A stretch of 32,000 nt of DNA from Oscillospiraceae bacterium (GCA_017515345.1 JAFWFZ010000008.1:159810-191809); one strand, 5' to 3'. Positions 8,062 through 16,695 are shown, numbered from the stretch's first letter. Notes: generated by a model from the letters alone, not told the origin. Translations and numbers: made by a program.

Positions 8062-8475
8062 GTAGGTGCCTCCTTTTAAGATTTACGCTTTCGCGCATTG
8101 TTGCGGACCACCGAATTATTCGTCCACGCTCCGGGGAAGACCCCCGAACGCTCATGCCGGTCGCCCGGCGTGGTGATATGACGCCCGAGGTCATCTCAAA
8201 AACCCGGACATTCGATAGACCGCGTATGTACGATCGCCGCCCTCAGCTCGGCTTGCAGAGACCGGCGGTGGTACCGAGTCAGCCGCGTGGTGTGATTCGC
8301 CCCCCTGAAAGGAGGCAGGGGAACAGGCGGCAGGCTAATACCGCCTGCTCCCCTACAGTACATGTAACCTCCAAGACTGGTTCTGACGCGGCACACCACA
8401 TACCATTTTCAGTCCAGCTTGCGCGCACAACGCCGATCCGGGGACGCCGAAACGGACGCTATGCGCCTGTATACG
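8062..8475 (-). other. Long (~410 nt) GC-rich structured 5' leader of the S-layer gene
   Basis: The region lies between the predicted TSS (about 7 nt downstream of the -10 at 8487-8482) and the ATG at 8061. It has no terminator and no credible CDS. Several strong helices are visible (see findings). Confidence 0.5.
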
Positions 8476-8481
8476 TTTGAG

Positions 8482-8510
8482 ATTATAAGTGAAGCCGCTT
8501 TCTTTGTCAA
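8482..8510 (-). promoter_or_regulatory. Perfect-consensus sigma-A promoter (TTGACA-N17-TATAAT)
   Basis: The minus strand reads TTGACA (8510-8505), a 17-nt spacer AAGAAAGCGGCTTCACT, then TATAAT (8487-8482). Confidence 0.75.
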
Positions 8511-8611
8511 TTGTTTCCCTGTTATTTCAATGTTACAGTTTTGTTACACCCTGTTTCCGTCCCTGCGCATTTGACTGAAAAACGGCTGAATTAAAAAATT
8601 CAGAAAAAGCC

Positions 8612-8640
8612 TTGCAAATATATATAATTAATGTTATAAT
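8612..8640 (+). promoter_or_regulatory. Sigma-A promoter of the rimP-nusA-infB operon (TTGCAA-N17-TATAAT)
   Basis: TTGCAA (8612-8617), 17-nt spacer, TATAAT (8635-8640), about 100 nt upstream of rimP. Confidence 0.75.
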
Positions 8641-8666
8641 CCTTCCGTAAGCATAAGTGTTGAGTG

Positions 8667-8691
8667 AGTGAGGTCGTTCCTCACTTTTTTG
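8667..8691 (+). terminator. Leader hairpin with U-tract (candidate attenuator) upstream of rimP
   Basis: AGTGAGG (8667-8673) pairs with CCTCACT (8679-8685), then TTTTTTG. It sits inside the predicted 5' UTR, 48 nt before the rimP ATG. Confidence 0.45.
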
Positions 8692-8738
8692 TTGCACACT
8701 TTTGCTTCGTCAAAAATGATAAAAAGGCGGTGCTATAA

Positions 8739-9188
8739 ATGAGCAAAATCACGGATATCGTCGCCGAAATGGCCGCGCCGGTGGCCGAAAAACACGGATG
8801 TGAGCTCTGGGACGTGGAATACGTCAAGGAGGCGGGAAACTGGTACCTCCGGGTATACATCGACTGCCCCGGCGGCGTCAGCATCGACCAGTGCGAAGCC
8901 GTGAGCCGTGAGCTCGACCCGCTGCTTGACGAGCGGGACCCCATCGAGGGGGCCTACACCTTCGAAGTTTCCTCCGCCGGCGCGGAGCGGAAGCTCACCC
9001 GGCCCGGGGATTTTGAGCGGTTCATGGGCTCCAAGGTGGAGGTCAGGCTCTACAGCGCCAAAAACGGGCGCAAGGAATACGTGGGCACGCTGAAGTCCTA
9101 CGAGAGCGGGGATGTGGCCATCGAGGTCGGAGGCGCAGACATGGAATTCAAAAAAAGCGAGATCGCCGGCGTGCGGCTCAGGATATAG
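8739..9188 (+). CDS. rimP: Ribosome maturation factor RimP
   Basis: 149 aa. Contains ...LWDVEYVKEAGNWYLRVYID...YTFEVSSAGAERKL. Occupies the first position of the nusA-infB operon. Confidence 0.9.
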   Translation: MSKITDIVAEMAAPVAEKHGCELWDVEYVKEAGNWYLRVYIDCPGGVSIDQCEAVSRELDPLLDERDPIEGAYTFEVSSAGAERKLTRPGDFERFMGSKVEVRLYSAKNGRKEYVGTLKSYESGDVAIEVGGADMEFKKSEIAGVRLRI

Positions 9189-9239
9189 CGGCAGCGCCGT
9201 TTGAAACGATATAAAAATCACTCATTGGAGGAGCATGAA

Positions 9240-10334
9240 ATGAACGCAGAATTTTTCGCCGCCATCGCTGATATAGAGAAGGAAAAGGGGATCCCCCAGG
9301 AATATATGCTGGAGAAGATCGAGCAGGCGCTGCTGGCCGCGCTGAAAAAGGACCGGCCGGAATCCGCCGACTGCGCAAAGGTGGAGCTGGACCCCGTGAA
9401 GAAAACGGTGAGCATGTGCATCCAGCGCACCGTGGTGGAGGAGGTTGAGAACCCCGGCGCCGAAATCAGCCTGGAGCAGGCCAGGGAGGCCGACCCCGAC
9501 GCGCAGCTCGGCGATATCGTCAGCGAGCCGGTGGAGACGAAGAAGTTCGGCCGCATCGCCGCCCAGGCCGCGAAGCAGGTCATCATCCAGGGCATCCGGG
9601 AGGCGGAGCGCGGCATCGTCTACGACGTGTTCACCTCCAAGGAGCACGAGATCCTCACCGGCATCGTCAACCGCATCGAGCCCCGCACGGGCAGTATCTC
9701 CATCCGGATCAGCTCCAACTCCGAGTATACGGAGGCTATGCTCTCCGCCAGTGAGCGCATACCCGGCGAGCAGCTCCGGGAGGGCGACCGGATCAAGGTT
9801 TACGTGGTGGAGGTCCGCAAATCCACCCGCGGGCCGCAGGTGCTCATCTCCCGCACCCATCCCGGCCTTGTGAAGCGCCTGTTCGAGCTGGAAGTCCCCG
9901 AGATCTTTGACGGCGTGGTGGAGATCCGCAGCATCGCCCGCGAGGCGGGTAGCCGCACCAAGATCGCCGTCATGTCCAACGATCCCGAGGTGGATCCCAT
10001 CGGCGCCTGCGTCGGCCCCAAGGGCGGGCGCGTAGCCGCCATCGTCGACGAGCTCGTGGGCGAGAAGATCGACATCGTGAAATACAGCGACGTTCCCGAG
10101 GAGTATATCGCCTCTGCCCTGGCCCCGTCGGAGGTCATCTCCGTGCTGATGGAGCCCGACAAAAAGAGCTGCCGGGTCATCGTGCCGGACGGGCAGCTCT
10201 CCCTCGCCATCGGCAAAGAGGGACAGAACGTCCGCCTGGCGGCGCGCCTCACCGGCTTCAAGATCGATATCAAGCCCCTGAGCGAGGCGGACAGCATCCT
10301 GTCCGCGGAAGGAAAAGATCCCGCGGCCGAGTGA
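9240..10334 (+). CDS. nusA: Transcription termination/antitermination factor NusA
   Basis: ORF 9201..10334 trimmed to the ATG at 9240, with GGAGGAG 7 nt upstream. The S1 and KH regions are recognisable (e.g. GPKGGRVAAIVDEL, LAIGKEGQNVRLAARLTG). Confidence 0.95.
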   Translation: MNAEFFAAIADIEKEKGIPQEYMLEKIEQALLAALKKDRPESADCAKVELDPVKKTVSMCIQRTVVEEVENPGAEISLEQAREADPDAQLGDIVSEPVETKKFGRIAAQAAKQVIIQGIREAERGIVYDVFTSKEHEILTGIVNRIEPRTGSISIRISSNSEYTEAMLSASERIPGEQLREGDRIKVYVVEVRKSTRGPQVLISRTHPGLVKRLFELEVPEIFDGVVEIRSIAREAGSRTKIAVMSNDPEVDPIGACVGPKGGRVAAIVDELVGEKIDIVKYSDVPEEYIASALAPSEVISVLMEPDKKSCRVIVPDGQLSLAIGKEGQNVRLAARLTGFKIDIKPLSEADSILSAEGKDPAAE

Positions 10335-10350
10335 CCGCGAAAGGAGTGCC

Positions 10351-10623
10351 ATGCAGAAAAAGATCCCCATGAGGCAGTGCCTCGGCTGCCGCGAGATGAA
10401 GCCGAAGAAGGAGCTCATCCGGGTCGTCCGCTCGCCGGAGGGCGCCGTCTCCATCGACTTCCGCGGCAAATCGCCCGGGCGCGGCGCATATATCTGCCCT
10501 CGGGAGGAATGCCTCTCCCGGGCGGTAAAATCACGCTCGCTGGAGCGGGCCTTCGGCGTCAAGCTGCCGGAGGAGCTCTATGACACGCTTGCAAAGGAGC
10601 TGAAGTCGCGTGCCGGAGAATAG
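10351..10623 (+). CDS. ylxR: YlxR/RnpM-family (DUF448) RNA-binding protein
   Basis: Contains PMRQCLGCREMKPKKELIRVV...GRGAYICP. Conserved position after nusA. Confidence 0.85.
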   Translation: MQKKIPMRQCLGCREMKPKKELIRVVRSPEGAVSIDFRGKSPGRGAYICPREECLSRAVKSRSLERAFGVKLPEELYDTLAKELKSRAGE

Positions 10624-11023
10624 CCTCAGACTGCTGGGACTCGCAAAAAAGGCCGGCAGGCTGGAGGCGGGCGCGGACGCGTCGTCCGCCGCGGCCGATG
10701 CCGGGCGCGCAGCGATGATCCTCTCCGCGTCGGACGCGTCGGAGCGCGCGCAGCGGCAGGCTATGGCCATGGCGGAGCGGTGCGGCGCCGTCTTCATCCC
10801 GCTCCCCTATACGGGCGCGGAGCTGGGCGGCGTCATCGGCAGGGGCTGTCCCGTGACAGTCGCGGTCACAGACCCGGGCCTGGCGGCGGCCTTTGCGAAA
10901 GCCCTCGCGGAGGAGGACGGCCGCTTTCGGGAATACGCGGAAGCGCTGGAGCGCGCATCGTCCGCGCACAAGAAAAAACAGCAATCGCCCGGCAGGGGCG
11001 TACGGAACGGTAAGAGGAGGTAA
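10610..11023 (+). CDS. ylxQ: L7Ae-family protein YlxQ with a basic C-terminal tail
   Basis: GTG start overlapping the ylxR end. Contains LLGLAKKAGRLEAG...ILSASDASE. Conserved position before infB. A ~40-aa K/R-rich extension is present. Confidence 0.75.
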   Translation: MPENSLRLLGLAKKAGRLEAGADASSAAADAGRAAMILSASDASERAQRQAMAMAERCGAVFIPLPYTGAELGGVIGRGCPVTVAVTDPGLAAAFAKALAEEDGRFREYAEALERASSAHKKKQQSPGRGVRNGKRR

Positions 11024-11029
11024 TTCATT

Positions 11030-13387
11030 ATGAGTACGATGTTCAAGTACCGAGTCCACGAGGTAGCCAAGGATTTCAAGGTCCCCACAAAGGCCATCAC
11101 GGAGATCCTGACGGAATATGCCTCCACGCCAAAAAACCACATGCAGGTCCTCACGGACGAGGAGCTGTCGATCATCTTTGAATATATGACCCAGCACAAC
11201 CAGATCTCCAGTATTGAAGAGATCTACGCCAGCAGCGCGCCGAAGGCGGAGAAAAAGCCGCCCAAAGAGGATGCTGCGGAAAAAGCGCCCGCCGGCCAGA
11301 AGAAGCCGGAGGCGAAGCCCGCCCAAAAACAGGAGGCCAGGCCCGGCTCCCAGCCTGCCCCGAAGCAGGAGAAGCAGGCCAAGCCCTTCGTGCCGAAAAA
11401 AGTGCCGGAAAAGCGCATCATCGACACCTCCGGCGCCACCATCAATCTGGAGAAATACGACGAGCGGCTCGACAAGCTGGTGCCGGAGCGCGCCGAGAAC
11501 ATGAAGCGCGGCAAGGAGAAATTCACAAACCGCAACCGCCGGGGCGGCGGCGGGCAAAACCAGTCCAGCGGCGCCAAGCGCCGCCAGGAGGAGCGGGAAA
11601 AGATGCAGCGTCTCCAGTTCGAGATCGCCAAAAAAGCTCCCGTCAAGGTGCTGATCCCCGATGAGATCAGCGTGGGCGAGCTGGCCTCCCGCATGAAGAA
11701 GACCGGCGCCGAGGTGGTCAAGCGTCTCATCAAGATGGGCGTGATGGCCTCCCTCTCCGATGTGATCGACCATGACACCGCCGAGCTGGTGGCCCTGGAT
11801 ATGGGCTGCAAGGTGGAGCGCGAGGTCACCGTCTCCATTGAGGAGAAGCTCATTGACGACCGGGAGGACAGTGAGGAGGAGCTGGTGCCCCGCGCCCCCG
11901 TCGTCGTCGTCATGGGCCACGTGGACCACGGCAAGACCTCCCTGCTGGACCGCATCCGCCGGGCAAACGTGGTGGCCGGCGAGGCCGGCGGCATCACTCA
12001 GCACATCGGCGCTTACCGGGTCACGGTCAACGGCAGTCCCATCACCTTCCTGGACACCCCGGGCCACGAGGCGTTCACCGCCATGCGTGCCCGCGGCGCC
12101 ATGGTCACCGACATCGCTATCCTTATCGTCGCCGCGGACGACGGCATCATGCCGCAGACCATCGAATCCATCAACCACGCCAAAGCGGCGGGCATCCCCA
12201 TTGTCGTAGCCATCAATAAAATGGATGTGCACGGCGCAAACCCCGACCGCATCAAGCAGCAGCTCACGGAATACGAGCTGGTGCCCGAGGAGTGGGGCGG
12301 CGACACCATCGTGTGCCCCATCTCCGCCAAGACCGGTCAGGGCGTGGATGAGCTGCTGGAAATGCTCGTCCTCCAGGCCGAGATGTGCGAGCTGCGCGCC
12401 AATCCCAACCGCGCCGCCAGAGGCACCGTCATCGAGGCAAGGCTCGACAAGGGCCGCGGCCCCGTGATGACCGTGCTCGTCCAGAACGGCACCCTGCGCA
12501 CGGGCGACATCATCATCGCCGGCACGGCTGTGGGCCGCGTTCGCGTCATGATGGACGACAAGGGCAGCCGCGTTACGGAGGCGGGCCCCTCCGTCCCCGT
12601 GGAGATCACCGGTATGTCCGAGGTCCCCGACGCGGGCGACACCTTCAACGCCGTGGCCGATGAGCGCATGGCCCGCGAGCTGGTGGAGCAGCGCAAGGAC
12701 GAGAAGAAGCAGAAGGCCGCCGCCGGCAACAAGAAGGTCACCCTGGACGATCTGTTCAGCAGGATCCAGGAGGGCGAAATGAAAGACCTGAACATCATCG
12801 TGAAGGCCGATGTGCAGGGCTCCGCCGAGGCGATCAAATCGTCCCTGGAGAAGCTCTCCAACGACGAGGTGCGGGTGAAGGTCATCCACTCCGGCGTGGG
12901 CGCCATCAACGAATCCGACGTGATGCTGGCCTCTACCAGCGGCGCCATCATCGTGGGCTTCAACGTGCGGCCCGACAACGCCGCCCGGGACAACGCCCAG
13001 CGCATGGACGTGGACATCCGCATGTACCGGGTCATCTACGACTGCATCAACGAGATCGAGGCTGCCATGAAGGGCATGCTTGCCCCCAAGTACCGGGAGG
13101 CGGTCATCGGCCACGTGGAGGTGCGCCAGGTCTACAAGGTCAGCCATGTGGGCACCGTTTGCGGCTGCTACGTCACAGACGGCAAGGTCGTCCGCAACTG
13201 CTCCGTCCGGGTGCTGCGGGACAATATCGTCATCCACGAAGGCGAGCTGGCCTCCCTGCGCCGATTCAAGGACGACGTGAAGGAGGTCGCCCAGAGCTAT
13301 GAGTGCGGCCTCTCCGTTGAGAGATTCAACGACATCAAGGTGGGCGACGTGATCGAGGCCTTCGTCATGGAACAGATCACCGACTGA
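11030..13387 (+). CDS. infB: Translation initiation factor IF-2
   Basis: 785 aa. G-domain motifs [20 protein letters not shown] and NKMD are present, with a low-complexity K/P/A/E N-terminal region. Confidence 0.97.
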   Translation: MSTMFKYRVHEVAKDFKVPTKAITEILTEYASTPKNHMQVLTDEELSIIFEYMTQHNQISSIEEIYASSAPKAEKKPPKEDAAEKAPAGQKKPEAKPAQKQEARPGSQPAPKQEKQAKPFVPKKVPEKRIIDTSGATINLEKYDERLDKLVPERAENMKRGKEKFTNRNRRGGGGQNQSSGAKRRQEEREKMQRLQFEIAKKAPVKVLIPDEISVGELASRMKKTGAEVVKRLIKMGVMASLSDVIDHDTAELVALDMGCKVEREVTVSIEEKLIDDREDSEEELVPRAPVVVVMGHVDHGKTSLLDRIRRANVVAGEAGGITQHIGAYRVTVNGSPITFLDTPGHEAFTAMRARGAMVTDIAILIVAADDGIMPQTIESINHAKAAGIPIVVAINKMDVHGANPDRIKQQLTEYELVPEEWGGDTIVCPISAKTGQGVDELLEMLVLQAEMCELRANPNRAARGTVIEARLDKGRGPVMTVLVQNGTLRTGDIIIAGTAVGRVRVMMDDKGSRVTEAGPSVPVEITGMSEVPDAGDTFNAVADERMARELVEQRKDEKKQKAAAGNKKVTLDDLFSRIQEGEMKDLNIIVKADVQGSAEAIKSSLEKLSNDEVRVKVIHSGVGAINESDVMLASTSGAIIVGFNVRPDNAARDNAQRMDVDIRMYRVIYDCINEIEAAMKGMLAPKYREAVIGHVEVRQVYKVSHVGTVCGCYVTDGKVVRNCSVRVLRDNIVIHEGELASLRRFKDDVKEVAQSYECGLSVERFNDIKVGDVIEAFVMEQITD

Positions 13388-13408
13388 TTGCCCGCGAAAG
13401 GAAATCCT

Positions 13409-13780
13409 ATGCCTAAGATCGAACGAATCAACGAGGACATCCAGCGCGCGCTGGCGTCTCTCATCACGAACGTCAAGGATCCCCGGGTGAATCAGGGGAT
13501 GCTCAGCATCACCGGGGTACACACCACCGGCGACCTGAGATACTGCAAGGTCTATGTGAGCGTGCTTGGCCTCGAGTCGGAAAAGGACCTCATGAAGGGC
13601 CTTAAGTCCGCCTCCGGCTATCTCCGGCGGGAGCTGGGCGCGCGGCTCGACCTGCGCTACACGCCGGAGCTCATCTTCGAGCTGGACCGCTCCATAGAGC
13701 ATGGGGCGCACATCTCAAAGCTCATCAACGAGCTGGAGCTCAGCGATACGGAGGAGGCGTCCGATGAACATGACAGCTAA
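13409..13780 (+). CDS. rbfA: Ribosome-binding factor A
   Basis: ORF trimmed to the ATG at 13409. Contains RINEDIQRALASLI...VKDPRV...ITGVHTTGDLRYCKVYVS. Confidence 0.9.
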   Translation: MPKIERINEDIQRALASLITNVKDPRVNQGMLSITGVHTTGDLRYCKVYVSVLGLESEKDLMKGLKSASGYLRRELGARLDLRYTPELIFELDRSIEHGAHISKLINELELSDTEEASDEHDS

Positions 13781-14723
13781 AGAGGCGGCCGCCTGGCTCC
13801 TGAGCAGGGACAGCTTCCTGATCACGAATCATCTGCGCCCCGACGGGGACGCCCACGGCTCTGCCGCCGCCTTGTGCCAGGGGCTCCGGGAGTGCGGCAA
13901 GACCGCCTACATCCTCCCGAATCCCGACAGTACGGAGCGCTATATCCCCTGGGTGAATAAGTACTACCCCGACCCGGAGGATGATTTCGCCCCGGCGTTC
14001 ATACTCTCCGTGGACACCGCCTCCGTGGGCATGCTGAATACCGCGGCGGCCTCCTTTGCGGACAGGATCGACCTGGCCGTCGACCATCACCCCTCCAACA
14101 CCTTCTACGCGAAAAACACCTGTCTGGACGGGTCCATGGCCTCCTGCGGCGAGATCGTCTACGAGCTGCTGACGGCAATGCCCTGCGGCGTGTCAAAAGA
14201 GAGCGCCGCCCCTCTCTACATCGCTCTCTCTACCGATACGGGCTGCTTCGCCTTCGCCAACACCACGTCGAACACGCTCCGCGTGGCCGCGGAGCTGGTG
14301 GACGCCGGCGCGCCCCAGGCAGAGCTGAACCGTATTCTCTTCCGCACCAAGGCCAAGCGCCGCATGCTGCTGGAGGGGGACATCTTCTCCCATATCGAGT
14401 TCTATTTCGGCGACCGGGTGGCGGTCATTTCCATTACCCGCGCCATGATGGACCACTACGGCGTCACGGAAAACGACATGGACGATATCGCCGCCATCCC
14501 CGGCTCCGTGGAGGATGTGCTGGTGGGCATCACCATCCGTGAGCTGAACGGCGGCGGGTGCAAGGTCTCCGTTCGCTCCGGTCCCGATTTCGATTCAAAC
14601 GCCCTGTGCAGCCGCTTCGGCGGGGGCGGCCACAAGATGGCCGCAGGGCTCTCCATGGATAAAGACGCGGCCTCCATGAAGGCGATGCTGCTGGAGGCGC
14701 TGGGCGAGACATTTGCACAATGA
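13764..14723 (+). CDS. nrnA: DHH/DHHA1 phosphoesterase (NrnA-like)
   Basis: ATG at 13764 with GGAGGAGG upstream; overlaps rbfA by 17 nt. Motifs are RPDGDAHGS, VDHHPSN and GGGGHKMAAG. Confidence 0.8.
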   Translation: MNMTAKEAAAWLLSRDSFLITNHLRPDGDAHGSAAALCQGLRECGKTAYILPNPDSTERYIPWVNKYYPDPEDDFAPAFILSVDTASVGMLNTAAASFADRIDLAVDHHPSNTFYAKNTCLDGSMASCGEIVYELLTAMPCGVSKESAAPLYIALSTDTGCFAFANTTSNTLRVAAELVDAGAPQAELNRILFRTKAKRRMLLEGDIFSHIEFYFGDRVAVISITRAMMDHYGVTENDMDDIAAIPGSVEDVLVGITIRELNGGGCKVSVRSGPDFDSNALCSRFGGGGHKMAAGLSMDKDAASMKAMLLEALGETFAQ

Positions 14724-15586
14724 ACGGCATCATTATCATCGACAAGCCCTCCGGCTGGACAAGCCACGATGTGGTCAGCAAGCTGCGGGGGCTTTTGCGC
14801 GAGAGGCGCATCGGCCACGGCGGCACTCTCGATCCCATGGCAACGGGGGTGCTGCCGGTTTTTGTCGGCCGGGCCACGAGAGCGGTGGAGTTCTGCGAAT
14901 CCGCTGAAAAGGAATACCTGGCCGGCATGCGCTTCGGCCTCACGACCGACACCCAGGACATCACCGGCCGGGTCCTGACAGAGAGCGGAAGCTCCGTGAC
15001 CGCCGGAGAACTGGAGGCGGTCCTCCCCCGCTTCACCGGAGAGCTTGAGCAGCTCCCGCCCATGTACTCGGCGGTCAAGGTGGGGGGCAAAAAGCTCTAC
15101 GAGCTGGCCCGCAGGGGCATGGAGGCGGAACGGAAGCCCCGCGCCGTCACCATCCGTACATTGGAGCTCACCGGTTGGGACGGGAAAGACGCGCTGCTGC
15201 GCGTCGTCTGCTCCAAGGGCACCTATGTGCGGACTCTCATCCACGACATCGGCGAGGACCTGGGCTGCGGGGCGGCCATGTCTTCCCTGCGGCGCACCCG
15301 CGCCGGCTCCTTCACCCTGGCGGACGCCCGCACGCTGGAGGAGGTCGAAGCCGCCTCGCAAAGCGGCACGGCCGACTTGCTCCTGCGCCCGGTGGACTCC
15401 CTGTTCGCGGCGCTCCCCCGGCTGACGGTCACGGAGGAAGGGGAGAAAAGGATACGAAACGGGGTCGCCTTCCCCTATCCCGGCAAGGACGGCACATACC
15501 GTGTTTACGGGCCGGGCGGGTTCCTGATGCTGGGCCGACTGGCATCCGGCGTTTTATCAACAATCAAAAGCTTCTTCGAGGTGTGA
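14720..15586 (+). CDS. truB: tRNA pseudouridine-55 synthase TruB
   Basis: Contains GIIIIDKPSGWTSHDVV...GHGGTLDPMATGVLPV. ATGA overlap with the preceding gene. Confidence 0.95.
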   Translation: MNGIIIIDKPSGWTSHDVVSKLRGLLRERRIGHGGTLDPMATGVLPVFVGRATRAVEFCESAEKEYLAGMRFGLTTDTQDITGRVLTESGSSVTAGELEAVLPRFTGELEQLPPMYSAVKVGGKKLYELARRGMEAERKPRAVTIRTLELTGWDGKDALLRVVCSKGTYVRTLIHDIGEDLGCGAAMSSLRRTRAGSFTLADARTLEEVEAASQSGTADLLLRPVDSLFAALPRLTVTEEGEKRIRNGVAFPYPGKDGTYRVYGPGGFLMLGRLASGVLSTIKSFFEV

Positions 15587-15587
15587 T

Positions 15588-16505
15588 ATGGAAGGGACTA
15601 AACGCGTGATCGCTCTCGGCTTTTTCGACGGGGTGCATATCGGCCACTCCGCACTGATGGAGCGGGTGCTGCGGATCGCAAAGGAGCGCGGGCTTACCCC
15701 CTCGGTGCTGACGTTCGACGCCCACCCCATGAGTATGGTGACCGGGAAGGCCATCCCCCTGATCAACTCGCCCGAGGACCGGGCAGGGCTCATCCGGCGC
15801 ATCTTCGGCATCGAGGACGTGATCTTCATCCATTTCGATGAGCTCACCATGCAGATGCCCTGGGACGAGTTCGTGGATCATCTGGTACGGGAGTGGGACG
15901 CCATGCACCTGGTGGTGGGGCACGACTTCCGCTTCGGCTACCGGGGGGAGGGCACGCCGGAAAAGCTCACCGCCAAATGCGCGGAGCTGGGTCTGGGGTG
16001 CGACGTGATCCCCGCCGTTATCTACGACGGCGTCATCAGCAGCTCAACCTATATCCGCCGGCTCATCTCTGAGGGGGCCATGGAAAAGGCCAACGAATAC
16101 CTGGGTCATCCCCATGTGCTCACCGATATGGTCCGGTCCGGCCACCGACTGGGCCGTACCCTGGGCACGCCGACCATCAATATGATCTTCGCGCCCGGCG
16201 TGCTGATCCCCGCCTTCGGCGTATACGCCACCCGAGTCGTCCTGGAAAACGGCGCGGTGTACGCCGGAGTCACCAACGTGGGCACCCGTCCCACGGTGGC
16301 GGATACCGCCTCCGTCACGGCGGAGACGTACATCCTTGACTACAGCGGCAATCTGTACGGCCATCAGGTGCGCATCGAATTCCTGAAGCACATGCGGGGG
16401 GAGATCAAGTTCTCGGATGTGGACCACCTGAAGGACCAGATCAACCGGGATGCGGACGGCGTCCGGGCCTACTTCCGGGAAAAGGAGCTCGTCACCGCAA
16501 AATAG
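15588..16505 (+). CDS. ribF: Bifunctional riboflavin kinase / FMN adenylyltransferase
   Basis: Contains GFFDGVHIGHSALM...VLTFDAHP, and a C-terminal kinase region LGTPTINM...GVTNVGTRPT. Confidence 0.95.
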   Translation: MEGTKRVIALGFFDGVHIGHSALMERVLRIAKERGLTPSVLTFDAHPMSMVTGKAIPLINSPEDRAGLIRRIFGIEDVIFIHFDELTMQMPWDEFVDHLVREWDAMHLVVGHDFRFGYRGEGTPEKLTAKCAELGLGCDVIPAVIYDGVISSSTYIRRLISEGAMEKANEYLGHPHVLTDMVRSGHRLGRTLGTPTINMIFAPGVLIPAFGVYATRVVLENGAVYAGVTNVGTRPTVADTASVTAETYILDYSGNLYGHQVRIEFLKHMRGEIKFSDVDHLKDQINRDADGVRAYFREKELVTAK

Positions 16506-16654
16506 ACGCCGCCCCCGGTCTGTGCGCATTCCCTCTCCCTCGGCAAAAAAGTTCTTCATTGTTCTATAAAGAAAAAGCACGCAGCGGGAGACGCCTGCCC
16601 TACCCATTTGACGCGGTCACGGTGGGCAGCGGCTGATCTTCACAGCAAAAAGCG

Positions 16655-16690
16655 AAAGAGGAGCGGGCAACCCGCTCCTCTTTCGTTATT
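16655..16690. terminator. Bidirectional intrinsic terminator (ribF operon / GT2 gene)
   Basis: GAAAGAGGAGCGGG (16655-16668) pairs with CCCGCTCCTCTTTC (16672-16685), flanked by A-rich and T-rich tracts. Confidence 0.7.
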
Positions 16691-16695
16691 CTCGA

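Noticed and set aside
5584-8079. An 831-aa ORF on the plus strand, antisense to the S-layer gene.
   Set aside because: Its product is a low-complexity G/V/D/A-rich sequence with no RBS or promoter. It exactly mirrors the SLH gene, whose strong codon bias removes antisense stop codons. This is a shadow ORF.
8267-8276. GGTGGTACCG on the plus strand, which resembles the conserved T-box motif.
   Set aside because: No specifier-loop, AG-bay or F-box elements are visible, and no terminator or antiterminator with a U-tract follows. The strand-specific G.U evidence places the local structure on the opposite strand.
8196-8399. A 67-aa ORF (and the 55-codon sub-ORF from the internal AUG) inside the S-layer leader.
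   Set aside because: It is not reported as a CDS. The composition is Arg/Pro/Gly-rich as expected from GC-rich non-coding sequence, and the SD-to-AUG spacing is only 4 nt. It is kept only as a possible regulatory uORF in a finding.
8062-8475. The possibility that the structured region is RNase P RNA, tmRNA, SRP RNA or 6S RNA.
   Set aside because: The universal RNase P blocks (GAGGAAAGUCC and ACAGAA..CGGCUUA) are absent. There is no tmRNA tRNA-like 3' end (UCGAxUCC...CCACCA) or tag ORF, and no SRP GGAA/AGCA domain-IV motif. It is contiguous with the S-layer RBS with no terminator. This was only an eye-level comparison, so cmscan is still needed.
10559-13711. A 1050-aa minus-strand ORF antisense to infB. 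Similar long antisense ORFs occur at 9222..10562, 2827..3768, 14456..15361, 16741..17568, 18036..18881, 18839..19516, 19455..22163, 24930..26648 and 28663..29814.
   Set aside because: All are mirror frames of well-supported conserved genes in high-GC DNA. Their products are Arg/Gly/His/Asp-rich and not protein-like. This is a typical GC3-driven artefact.
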